A stretch of 64,000 bases of DNA from Takakia lepidozioides (Eukaryota; Plantae; Bryophyta): assembly GCA_030704615.1 (NCBI GenBank), contig CM060731.1:74524001-74588000 (forward strand). The letters run 5' to 3'. The translations under genes and the position numbers were made by a program. Shown in pieces: positions 1 to 10,579 of this stretch. The notes below the pieces were generated by a model that was given only the letters and a program-made list of their open reading frames with translations, was not told where the DNA came from and made no database searches. Position 1 is the stretch's first letter; each line of letters begins with the position of its first letter.

Positions 1-367
1 TTGCTAAAGAACTCAACCATACAGACCTCACCCACTCTCCATCTCAAGTACTAGAGCTATGGCGGCGAGAGAAGCCTCGGAAGGCTCGACTAGAACAAGA
101 CGAGTCTGCCTACGTCTCACGTGGAGATAACCTCCCCACGTCTCAAGTGAGGTTCGCCACCTCACTTGGCACATGGAACCAAATGAAGTCCCAATGCCAA
201 CAAAATATAAATATAAATGTATAATGTCCTAATTAGTTAGAAATAACTATTTCCAACTAATCACAAACAAAACCATGACAGCTGTCGTGCACCTAAGCAT
301 CGTGCCACAACATACATCGTTGTCCAACCACACTTCCTAGCATATAGTCCTACAAAGCCACGCCACA
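1..367 (-). repeat. Partial 3' LTR of Gypsy-DNMT copy 1
   Basis: On the minus strand the PPT CTAGGGGGGCGA (369-380) is followed by TGTGGCG at 367. The same layout occurs at 10040-10052 and near 10907. Confidence 0.8.
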
Positions 368-626
368 ATCGCCCCCCTAGCTGGTGATTAGGTCCTTCTA
401 ACACCGGATAGCTTGCAAGTATCCACCCCAATAAGATCATCACTTGGTCTTCAATCGCACAAGTCCCAACACCTGAAGTCGATAGATCAAGAGGCCGGGT
501 GCAAACGTAGCCCCATCGTTAGTCGCCTTTATACAATCCATGATCTTTAGTTGAGTATCCATGGCATTGAAGCCCCACTAGCTAGACCTTGGGTCACTTG
601 TCCGCCTCACCATTGTCATGCCCACT

Positions 627-939
627 ACCTCTGTCCAAGGTATCATGGACACAACCATTCTCCGATATGAACCTCCTCAAGTGGCGGTGTCAAGCATCCC
701 ATGTGTCACCCCCTTGAGCATTTGTCACACACCAACATGGTTGCGGCGCCACCAGCATGCCCACATAGCATGCAACGCAACCCTGCAGGTACCACTGCAA
801 GGTTAGGATCTATCCTCCCATCCACATGTGGAAGATGACATGGCACACAATTGCGCACATGGTCCTTCCATACCATGCCATCTCGACCCTCCAGAATCGA
901 CACTCCTGAAGACAACACCTCCCTGATCCTTAGAATCAC
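627..939 (-). pseudogene. Integrase C-terminal PHD finger of copy 1 (internal stops)
   Basis: CMLCGHAGGAATMLVCDKCSRG*HMGCLTPPLEEVHIGEWLCP* follows the C4HC3 pattern; the intact version is at 9567-9794. Confidence 0.88.
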
Positions 940-942
940 ACG

Positions 943-2000
943 TCATGCGGTGACATCCAAGGTCGTAGGTGCTGTCTGCTGCAGATACACATAGTCCCCA
1001 GGGTGGAAACGCCAAACACTTGGCCGATATCCCCTTCCACGTATAGTGGCGTACCTCAATGTGTCTCGGTGTTGGGCAATAATAAGGTTCTCAAAAGCCA
1101 TAGGCATGACTCTCTTGAACAATTCTGCCCCGTTGGGCACATGCTTGTGTCTACACATCCGGATCATCAAGGTTGAGAACTATTGCAGCCTCCCTGCGAA
1201 TACATGCAGGCAAATCTGGCTCTCGACCAAAGAGAAGAAAGTAAGGTGAGAAGGATGCAAATGAAGCTTGTTTGCTGAACCTATAGCCCATAGCTAGCCA
1301 AGGCAGTTGAAGGTCCCAATCTCCTAGGTGTCCCTTTGCAAACCGTACTTGCGCAAACCTCTCTTGACTGTCTGAACAACTCTCTTCGCCAAGCCATCAG
1401 CCTCGGGATGATCCCGATAAGTAGTGCGATGATCTATCAATGTTTGCTCACACAAAGCCTGAAACTCCCCCAATAACTCTCTCCCCTGGTCCGTGAGTAC
1501 CTCGGCTGGAGCACCAAAATGGCTAAGCACTCGATCTAAGAATATATACGCAGCCCCCTCACTTGCCTTGTCAGGCAATGCCACCAGTTCAATCCATTTG
1601 GAGAAGTGTTACACCATCACCAGCACATACTTGTTGTGGCGAATCGTCAATGACAATGGGCCTGCGAAGTCAAGACTCCAACGATAGCAACCTATAATGG
1701 GTAAAAGATGCAATTGTGGAGTAGGGGCGTTAAAAGAAGCCCGCACTCTATCACACACCATGCACCTTGCCACTAACTGTTGCACATCCGTGTGCATGCC
1801 CCGCCACCAATACTGCCCTTGCAGCAAACTATGAGTGCGCCGCACCCCAAAATGTCCCAACTCCTCATGGGCATGGCGTACCAATCGCGCTCGTTGTGTT
1901 GGATGAGGCACAATTCTCACTCGTCCATCCTCCCATACCCGGAGTAGGTGAGTCCCCTCCCACTTGAACCTCTTGGCTCGTTGTAGGACCCGATCCCTCT
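943..2000 (-). pseudogene. Integrase of copy 1 (disrupted)
   Basis: HEELGHFG...YWW...CMVC zinc-binding motif, WSLDFAGP, VLTDQGRE, HPEADGLAKRVVQTVK. Confidence 0.92.
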
Positions 2001-2239
2001 CCTTAGCAGTCACACTGGCTGCTGTCTCTCCGGTACGAAGGTATGCCAACACTGCTGCATCTTCATGCACATCCTTAGCACCACCAAACTCATCACTAAT
2101 CTCTGGATCATCATGCACGCTATCTACATGACCAATCGCATGGGATGGACTAGCTTGAGCTCCCATTGCTAGAATGCACAAAAAAGCCGATGCATACCAT
2201 CCTGGCACCATCTCCTCATCCGTCTCATCATGTCACCAA

Positions 2240-3690
2240 GCTCCAGTATCATCATGTTCGCTCGTGCATGGATTACAATTCAATCCATCTGCATCCCAAT
2301 TGACAATACCGGCTCGATGCACCACCTGGAAGTCGTACTCTTGAAGCATAAGTGCCCACCGTGCAAGCTTCCCTGTAAGTTTGTCTTACTCCATCAACCA
2401 CTTCAATGGTTGATGATCTGTGACAAGGGTGAAGAGATTGCCATAGAGGTAGCATCTGAAATGTGTCACTGCCCATACCGCAGCTAGACACTACCCTTCA
2501 TAGGAACTATACTTTGCCTCGGCATCATTGTTCGAGCGGCCACTACGAACTCTCTTCCATCATCATCTACATGTGTGAGCACTGCTCTTATCCCCAGCAT
2601 ACTCCAATCCATATGTAGCTGGAAAGGCCGCCCCTGAATACGCTGCCTCAGAATAGGTGCAGAAGTCAATCGAGCCTTGAATTCCTCAAAGGCTTCCTCC
2701 TGCTCTTCCTCCCACTGCCACTCCTGACCCACCTTGGTCAACTTGGTAAGAGCTTTTGCAATGCTGCTAAATCCCTTGACAAACCGTCGATAGTAGTTTG
2801 CCAATCCCATGAAAGCACGAACTCTGCTCACATCCATGGGGCGTGGAATGTATGCAATGGCCTCCACCTTTGTCTGTTGAACACCCAATCCTCCAGGGTA
2901 TATCATGTGGCCCAGATACTCAATCTGATTGTGGAAGAACTTGCACTTTCCGGGGTGCAGTTTCAACCCGTGCGCTCTCAAGCGCTCAAACACCACCTGA
3001 AGGTGTCTCTCATGCTCCTCAACCGTAGCACTAAAGACGATGATGTCATCAATATAGTATCGGGCGAAGTCTAGCCCTGCGAGAATCTTATCCATGACCC
3101 TCTGAAACTCTGCAGGAGCATTCTTCAACCCAAACGGTAAGAACCGCCATTGGTACAAACAATCCTTCCCATGTTGGTCAATCCCCCAGAATGTCGTCTT
3201 TTGCTTGTCAGCCTCTTTGATTGGCAATTGGTGGTAACCGGATCGCCAGTCCAATTGCTAAACATCTTTGCATGCCCAATGGCATCAAAGATCTCCTCTG
3301 GAGTTGGCATGACATATCTATCGGACTTAGTCTGACGGTTCACAGGACGGTAGTCCCCACACATCCTCATTTATGTCCAATTGCCATAGATATTCTTCTT
3401 AGCTGGCATCACCATTGTCGAGGCATACTCCCCGCCTGACAACTCCACCAATCCAGCTTCGAACAACTTCATAGTCCATGACTGGATCAAAGACCTCTCC
3501 ATATCACTATACCTGTAGGGCCTTCGAAAAATTGGCGTGTCACTTGTCAAATCAATACGAATCTCCTGGCCCTTCAAACTCCCCAAATCCTTCAAACCGA
3601 AGGCAAAGCGATTTCTATAAGCCCTTAGAAATCGTTGGATCCTCCGTCTCTCTCCTCCGGTGACTATAGGTCCAACATCTGGTTCCCAAT
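2240..3690 (-). pseudogene. Reverse transcriptase and RNase H of copy 1 (frameshifted)
   Basis: RMCGDYRPVN, SGYHQ, LPFGLKNAPAEFQRVMD, YIDD, KCKF, YLGH, FMGLANYYRRFV, FQLHMDWS. Confidence 0.95.
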
Positions 3691-3864
3691 TGTCCTCAGT
3701 GACTGCAACCTTGGGTACACCAGGCTTGGAGGTAGGAGACGAATCCTTTGGTTGCTAGATAGCAACCTCTTGGGCCTTGTCCGCCCAATCTGACTGTGGC
3801 ATAGCCTCCACTTGCTCCGCCATAGCTCGGGGAGGTCACTCCCTATCTAGTTTCCCAGGCACGT

Positions 3865-4461
3865 GAGGCAAACAGGCATTTTCTATGGGGTATTAATTTT
3901 ATTTTCTGAATTTTTGGCCACCCTATTATTACATAATGTTGTAATATGGCATATTTTCTTGCAAGCTATATTATTTATATTTTATAGCAGGTAACAAATA
4001 TTGGGCACCCTATATTAACCTGAAATTAAAAAAAAAAAAACATTATGGGGTTGCCATCATTCCCCTCTCAATCTACGCTTCTTCCCTGTCATGCCCTGCA
4101 AGCTTCAAAACCTGTGGGCCACAATGCTTGTACCACTGAGCGGACCACCATTTTTCTCTGCTTGTCTAGCACAATGCCGCCACGAATTGCAGCCGACAGG
4201 AGAGAGGGAAGCCTAGGGTTGTTGTGCACATGCGTCTACGCCCTCTCCGCTGCATGTCCCAAACTGCTTGTCACTGAACGACACGTGTCCCTTTAATTTC
4301 TCTCCACCCTATATTAGTTTTAATATTTTTTGGAAATACGTCTTTATTTTGGACCCTATTTTAATTTAAATGTGATGCCGCCAATATATTGGTACCCTAT
4401 AGTATTTCTAAATGTATTCTTTTTTTTTTTTCTCAGAATTTTCGGCACCCTATATTTTTTT
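3865..4461. mobile_element. About 600-bp non-coding insertion interrupting pol between DNMT and RT
   Basis: AT-rich block flanked by the direct repeat GCACGT (3859-3864 and 4462-4467). It contains six copies of an ACCCTAT motif, and Gypsy sequence resumes on both sides. Confidence 0.65.
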
Positions 4462-4816
4462 GCACGTCAAGTGGCAATATTTGGAAGTGGCATCCTCTTG
4501 CGCCATAGCCACCTTGAGAACATCCTCTGAGCAAGAAACATTCTCAACCTCTTCAAAAACCTTGGCCACCTTGGCATCCAACTGATCTTCAGTCCATGGC
4601 TCTCCCCACTCCTCATACTGCTGCTTGAGAGATCCAATGACTCTCTCTTTGCATATCTCATCCCACATCTGCCATGGGTGTTTGCAACCCACAATCCTAT
4701 GCTTGCCCCCACTCACTGCCTCAACCGTCTCGGTTGGCAGAGAGCATGCACTATCTAATGGGAGTGCAGAAGTAGCCATCAATGCTTGCAATCTCCATTG
4801 CTCAGCCATGCACAAG

Positions 4817-5903
4817 CTAAATCACCCATGTCAAGCAATTTAGATCCATTGCCTGACCCAACACTTGGCGGCATGATGCCTCTAACAGAGCTGGCACATC
4901 TGTAGTGCCGGTGGCAAATCCCATTGCCTGCTCTCGCTCATCCGCATTGGGCTCCACCAATTGATGTAGCACACTGTCCCAAATCAACCCAGGACCATTG
5001 TCTCGGAAAGCATGAGACGAGGGAAAGCTCATGAGCGTAGGCAAGGCTGCACGTGGCTGCCCCACTCGATTGACCACTACTAGAGGTGGACGATCATCAT
5101 GTCGCACTCTCTATGGTTGCCTCCCTTGGTCCAAAATGCCCTCAACCGTGAGATTGGGTGGCCGATGAATGGAATCGTAAGCTCTCTTGAGCAGCTCTGG
5201 TGGTGCAAGATTGGTCCACCACAATCGAGGTCGATGCACGCGTGATCCCACCGCTGCTGCATCCAATAGCACCGCCGATCCAATCCAAGACCGCACCTGA
5301 TGCACACTAGCCATTACCCTGGCCCGAGAATCCCCCATAAGAGGAACATTCTCTAAGATATAGCCTAGAGGTTGCACTTGTCTCGTCCCGCAACACTCGC
5401 AACATCTCCCAAAACAAATGCGATCGTGCATCATGCAAGCCATTCCCATGACCTGCGGGAGAGTGTCCTTGGCAAGGCCATCCCGCTATCACCAAGTCAA
5501 TTGCACCATGCCGGCCCAAATCATCCGCCCCCAGCAAGGTAATGTATGCAGGCAAGGCCTTTTGATACCCTTGAATTGCTGAGAGAGGCAACAACTCAGG
5601 ATACCGGTGTGTGAGCAAGATGATGTGACGCATAGAAATACGCCGAGCTATCTCATCCTTCTCCACATACAAGTGCTTACGTACTTTAATCCTTGCTTGC
5701 AAAACTCCTACAAGCCCAGTGCTCATGCCTCCAAACAGGTCTAGCAAACAAATCCCTGAGTCAGGTGGTTGCCAGGTAATGAGCACTGTGTCCAAAAGAG
5801 CTAACTCAGGAGGTCCAGGTGATGTCACTGAACTCCCCTCACTCATCAATGGAAAAGCCTCCTGCCATGCTTGGTGCACACACTCGCCTGCTACTCGATG
5901 CAA
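4817..5903 (-). pseudogene. Retrotransposon-encoded C5 cytosine DNA methyltransferase, DNMT3-like (one frameshift, one internal stop)
   Basis: Motif I DLFGGMSTG, II YVEKD, IV DLVIAGWPCQG (catalytic PC), V DARSHLF, VI YILENV, VII/VIII LDAAAVGSRVHRPRLWWTN, IX EREQAMGF, X RQVLGQAMD, in canonical unpermuted order. Confidence 0.92.
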
Positions 5904-5918
5904 ATTCCCAACTGTACC

Positions 5919-7268
5919 CTACAGTGGAATATGCACAGGCACATGAGGAAGCAAATCAGCCTTGTATGCCAATTGTTTGCCCTCATCAGGTGATGGCTTA
6001 TCATCTGCATGGCTATTACCCTCCAAGAGCTCACCACCCCAAGCCACCACCCCTGAGAATGCAGCCAATGTGGGCATCATGTTCCCTTGATCCACTGCTA
6101 CATTCCCAATAAACCGCACTGGGAGCATTGCACGTCGGCCATCTCCTGACTGCCATTCCGGCCTGTAGGATGTCGTTTCCTCCCAAAAGTCCATAGTGAA
6201 TCCCATGGGGTATAACACCGCCCCACCAACAAGCATATCATAAGACATCGCGTTCGTAACAATGGCTTTAGCTCTCATGACTGAGCCGTCCGTAGGATGA
6301 TCCGGCTGCAATCGAATGAATAGCTCATGACATGTAATCCCTCGTGCCTTCTCTGAACCGCCCAAAGATGTTTGAATTTGGAAAGGACAAGACTCCAAAT
6401 CCACCTCTGTAAGGCCCAAGCCTGCAATTGCTGCTCTTCCCAACATCAATGGTTGTGCTCCCGAGTCCAACAAGACCCGTAGTGGCCTATACCTCCTCCC
6501 GGCTGGGCCATCCAACTGAAACACACCATCCTGATTGTCCACCAGGACTACCCCAGGAGTCACCATACTACGCTCAATGACTGGTCTAGCTGACAACTCC
6601 TGCAACCTTGCAGCTACCGCTTGCCATGGTGCAGCTGTGGCTATCTTCACCCTTGAGTCCATGACATCCATGCACTGCACATTATCCGCTATCTCCGCAG
6701 ATAGTGCCGATGCATCATCACTCTCACAGAGTCTAGCTGCTAGTCTGAACACAGCAGCTGGCCGAATCCCCGGCATTGCAATGGTCATTGTAGAAAACAA
6801 TGGAGCTTGGCAAACAGCCGTAGCCGCCCCCAACAATGTGCTGGCTGCACCTTGCTTTGCAGCACCACCCATTGGCATTTCCCGAGCCACACCAACTCTC
6901 CCCACTGGTACTTGTGGCTCTACCTCTGACACACTTGAGTGAGCGGGTACCATCGATGGCGTAGTTGGCACTGTCTCAGCCAATGTGAAAGACTGTGGAA
7001 GCCTTGTCTGTCGACTTGCTTCCCCCCTTTGTGGATCAAAATCCACATCTGTTCCTCTTGGCTCAGGAGCACGCGTTGCTGCTCGAGTGACAGCAGCTGC
7101 AGAGTCCACATGCAATGGTTTAGCAAGTGCGGCTCCACACATGAAGCCCATACCAATCTGGTCTTCCCTAGGCATAGGAGGTTGTGCAGGTGGGGCTTGA
7201 ACTTCAGGCCTTGGAGCTGACGCCACATTAGTAGTGGCCATGGCAGCAAGACGTTGCTCTATGGGCAA
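5919..7268 (-). CDS. Gypsy polyprotein segment with retroviral-type aspartic protease
   Basis: 449-aa ORF with VLLDSGAQ and a downstream YDMLVGG motif. It is in the same frame as the DNMT ORF starting at 5903 (offset 1365 nt), separated by a single TAG. Confidence 0.85.
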   Translation of the reverse strand: MPIEQRLAAMATTNVASAPRPEVQAPPAQPPMPREDQIGMGFMCGAALAKPLHVDSAAAVTRAATRAPEPRGTDVDFDPQRGEASRQTRLPQSFTLAETVPTTPSMVPAHSSVSEVEPQVPVGRVGVAREMPMGGAAKQGAASTLLGAATAVCQAPLFSTMTIAMPGIRPAAVFRLAARLCESDDASALSAEIADNVQCMDVMDSRVKIATAAPWQAVAARLQELSARPVIERSMVTPGVVLVDNQDGVFQLDGPAGRRYRPLRVLLDSGAQPLMLGRAAIAGLGLTEVDLESCPFQIQTSLGGSEKARGITCHELFIRLQPDHPTDGSVMRAKAIVTNAMSYDMLVGGAVLYPMGFTMDFWEETTSYRPEWQSGDGRRAMLPVRFIGNVAVDQGNMMPTLAAFSGVVAWGGELLEGNSHADDKPSPDEGKQLAYKADLLPHVPVHIPL

Positions 7269-7684
7269 GCCTTGCCTTGTGCTCCTTGGTTTTGGTTATG
7301 ACCTCCACCACGACCTCTGCCTCCTCTACCTCTCTGGACTACATTGCCTCGTCCTCGGCCACCATTGTTCCCTTGGAACTGGCCTGGCCGTAGCTCAGGA
7401 TGCAAGTCATAACAATGGGCCTCTTCATGCCTATACTTGCCACAATGCCCACACTGTAGTTGTGTAGGCTGTGCCTGTGCCGGCCCTTTGCCTCTCTCCG
7501 GGCAATCTCTCTTAACATGGGGTCCTCCATAATCCCAACATGTCACACCCGACTGTTGTTGGCCTGAGAATGAAGGAAGTGACCTCTGCAATTGAGATCC
7601 TCTCTGTCCTTCCCTGGGCTTCGCTTGAGCCCCCTTGTTGCCTTGAGCACGTTGGGGTAGTGGTTGTTGTTGGCTAGGAGCCCC
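7259..7684 (-). pseudogene. C-terminal part of gag with two zinc knuckles
   Basis: CWDYGGPHVKRDC (degenerate), CGHCGKYRHEEAHC and an RGG-rich tract; truncated at the palindromic junction. Confidence 0.85.
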
Positions 7685-7728
7685 ACTTTTCAATGGGGGG
7701 CTCCTAGCCAACAACAACCACTACCCCA
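7653..7728. repeat. Perfect 32-bp inverted repeat with a 12-nt spacer at the head-to-head junction
   Basis: 7653-7684 TGGGGTAGTGGTTGTTGTTGGCTAGGAGCCCC is the reverse complement of 7697-7728. An extra CTACCCCA follows at 7729-7736. Confidence 0.95.
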
Positions 7729-7736
7729 CTACCCCA

Positions 7737-9150
7737 CTGATGTTGGACCCATAGTCACCGGAGGAGAGAGACGACGTATACGGCGGTTCTTGAGGGCTTA
7801 CAGGAACTGCTTTGCCTTCAGTTTGAAGGACTTGGGAGCACTGAAGGGTCAAGAGATTCACATTGAATTGGCCACTGACACGCCAATCTTTCGGAGACCC
7901 TATAGATACAGTGACATGGAGAGGTCCTTGATTCAGATGAGGACTCATGACCTCTGGGAGGCTGGTTTGGTGGAGCTATCTGGTGGAGAGTATGCTTCAG
8001 CCACAGTGATGCCAGCCAAGAAGGATGTCTAATTGGACGGAGAGACGTATGTGCGGTGATTACCGGCCTGTAAATCGTCAGACCAAGTCCGATAGGTATG
8101 CCATGCCAACACCAGAGGAGATCTTTGATGCCATTGGGCATGCCAAGGTCTTTAGCACTTTGGATTTACGATCCGGATATCATCAGTTGCCGATCAAGGA
8201 GGCGGATAAGCAGAAGACGACATTATGGGGGATCAATGAGCACGGGAAGGATTGCCTATACCAGTGGCGGTTCTTACCATTTGGACTTAAGAACGCTCCG
8301 ACAGAGTTTCAGAGAGTCATGGACAAGATTCTAGCAGGGGTGGAGTTTGCTCGGTGCTACATAGATGACATCATCATCTTTAGTGATACGGTGGAGGAGC
8401 ATGAGAGACACCTTCAGGTGACATTTGAGCGCTTGAGGACGCACAGATTGAAGTTACATCCGGGGAAGTGCAAGTTTTTCCACAACCAGATTGAGTATCT
8501 GGGTCACGTGATATATCCTGGAGGATTGGGGGTACAACAGACTAAGGTAGAGGCCATTGCATAGATTCCACGCCCCACGGATGTGAGCCGAGTTCGAACT
8601 TTCATGGGGTTGACAAACTATTATAGACGGTTTGTCAAGGGATTTAGTGCAATTGCAAAGGCTCTAACCAAGTTGACCAAGGTAGACCAGGAGTGGCAGT
8701 GGGAAGATGAGCAAGAACGAGCTTTCCAAGAGTTCAAGGCGAGGTTGACTTTGGCGCCCATCTTGAGACGACCTATCAGGGGGCGTCCTTTTCAGCTGCA
8801 TACACATTGGAGCATGTTGGGGCTTGGAACGGTGTTCACATAGGTGGATGATGAGGGAAGAGAGTTCGTAGTGGCTTATGTCAGTCGCTCGAACAACGCT
8901 GCAGAGGCTAAGTATAGCTCATATGAGGGAGAGTGCTTAGCTGCAGTGTGGGCCGTGGCACACTTCAGGTGCTATCTATATGACAATCTCTTTACTCTTG
9001 TCACGGATCGCCAGCCACTCAAGTGGTTGATGGAGTCAGACAAGCTTACAAGGAAGCTTGCACGGTGGGCACTCATACTTCAAGAGTATGACTTTCAGGT
9101 TGTGCATCGACCGGGTTTGGTCAATTGGGATGCGGATGGGTTGAGTCACA
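7737..9150 (+). pseudogene. Reverse transcriptase and RNase H of copy 2
   Basis: ORFs 7664-8032, 8025-8564, 8583-8843 and 8844-9506: LDLRSGYHQ, LPFGLKNAP, CYIDD, YSSYEGECLAAVWAV, LARWALILQEYDF, DADGLS. In-frame TAG stops at 8562 and 8841. Confidence 0.95.
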
Positions 9151-9566
9151 ATCCATGCACGAGTCATCAGGATGACACTGGAGCTCGGTGGCATGATGAG
9201 ACGGACGAGGAGATGGTGCCCGGATGGCATGCATCTGCATTTCTGTGTATCTTGGCAACGGAAGGCCAGGTAGGACCTACAACAGGGATGACTGTAGACC
9301 GAGTGTCTGAGGACCCTGAGGCCAGCAATGAGCAAGGTGACGCCAAAGATATACATGAGGATTCAGCTGTGTTGGACTATCTCCGCACTGGGGGCACGGC
9401 AGCCACTGTGACTGCCAAGGAGAGGGATTGGATCTTACAACGAGCCAAGAGGTTCAAGTGGGAGGGGACACACCTGCTCCGAGGCTGCTACAGTTTTCAA
9501 CCTTGACGATCCGGACATGTGGGCACATGCATGTGATCAGCGTGCAGAGTTGTTCAAGAGGACCAT

Positions 9567-9794
9567 GTGCGTAATTGCACGCCATGTCACCTTCCAAATG
9601 TTGATGGAAGGTTTGACCCAAACCTGGCAGTGGTACCTGCAAGTTTGATGTGCATGTTGTGTGGGTCTGCTAGAGGGGCAGCCACCATGCTGGTGTGTGA
9701 TCAATGCTCTAGAGGTTGTCATATGGGATGCTTGACTCCACCTCTTGAGATAGTTCCTGATGGGGATTGGTTATGTCCGCATTGCATTGGATAG
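9567..9794 (+). CDS. Intact PHD finger at the end of pol (copy 2)
   Basis: CMLCGSARGAATMLVCDQCSRGCHMGCLTPPLEIVPDGDWLCPHC has complete C4HC3 spacing with the typical PPL..VP.G.W.C motif. Confidence 0.9.
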   Translation: MRNCTPCHLPNVDGRFDPNLAVVPASLMCMLCGSARGAATMLVCDQCSRGCHMGCLTPPLEIVPDGDWLCPHCIG

Positions 9795-10051
9795 TGGGAG
9801 TGGATACAACCATGGAAGGCTAACAAAAAATGCAAGGCCAAGCTACTAAGAGACCAACACACGAGATCCTGACTCAAGTTCACAGATTGCAAGACGGCAA
9901 CTAACGATGGGGTTGCTCTTGTACCCGGCCTCTTGGTCTATAGAGTTTGAGTACAATAGGGACAGTGATAGAGGACTTAGTACGGCTGTGGCTATTACAT
10001 CTTGTAGCTATCTGGAGTTAGAGGGACCTAACCACCAACTAGGGGGGCAAT

Positions 10052-10579
10052 TGTGGCAGACTACTTATTGTGCATATATGAGTGGTGTGGTTTGGACAAC
10101 GATATAGTTGTGTAGCGATACGTATGCGCACGACAGTTGTCAAGTTAAATAAACACAGTGTGAAACTAACTAGAATAAATCTAGTTATTTGTATTTAACA
10201 CTTGAAATTAGTTCAAGTGTTAAGTCAGGTGTCAAGTTTAGCTTGACATCTGAACCATCTTATCTTCACGAGCTCGTCAGTCGTGCGGCTCATCTCTCTC
10301 AAGTTGAGCCTGCACGACCGAGCTCCCTCGCTGCTTAGCATCTGAGTGTACTTATGGAGGGAGAGTAGGATGTTGTGGGGTGGAGTCCCCATAGCTTGGG
10401 GTGCCCCTGGTTCGACTCTTATTTTAACGAGTGATTGTATTGTATTTCGTGTTTTTGTGTCAAGAGACAATGTGAGTTTAGTTTTCATTTCTATTGTGGC
10501 AGACTACTTTATTGTGCATATATGTGTGGTGTGGTTTGGACAGCGATGTAGTTGTGTAGCGATACGTATGCGCACGACA
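10052..10579 (+). repeat. 3' LTR of copy 2 (TG...CA) with ~84-bp direct repeats at its own ends
   Basis: Follows the PPT TAGGGGGGCAA. 10052-10135 and 10495-10579 are near-identical (TGTGGCAGACTAC...GCGCACGACA). Confidence 0.8.

Larger units (their letters stand above)
1..7684 (-). mobile_element. Decayed Ty3/Gypsy LTR retrotransposon carrying a C5 DNA methyltransferase and a PHD finger (copy 1; 5' end lost, 3' LTR cut by the window edge)
   Basis: Minus-strand domain order: gag CCHC knuckles, LLDSGA protease, DNMT motifs I-X, RT (YIDD), RNase H, integrase (HHCC and D,D35E-type core), PHD, polypurine tract, TG-starting LTR. Many stops and frameshifts. Confidence 0.93.
7737..10579 (+). mobile_element. 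Gypsy-DNMT/PHD family copy 2: RT, RNase H, integrase largely deleted, PHD, PPT, 3' LTR
   Basis: Colinear with, but diverged from, copy 1 positions ~3685 down to ~280. It starts at DVGPIVTGGERRR, downstream of the DNMT position. Confidence 0.92.

Noticed and set aside
5307-5903. DNMT as a host DNMT3/DRM gene or bacterial contamination
   Set aside because: Intronless, in frame with the retroviral protease, flanked by gag and RT, decayed like the rest of the element, and without UBA domains or a restriction-enzyme partner.
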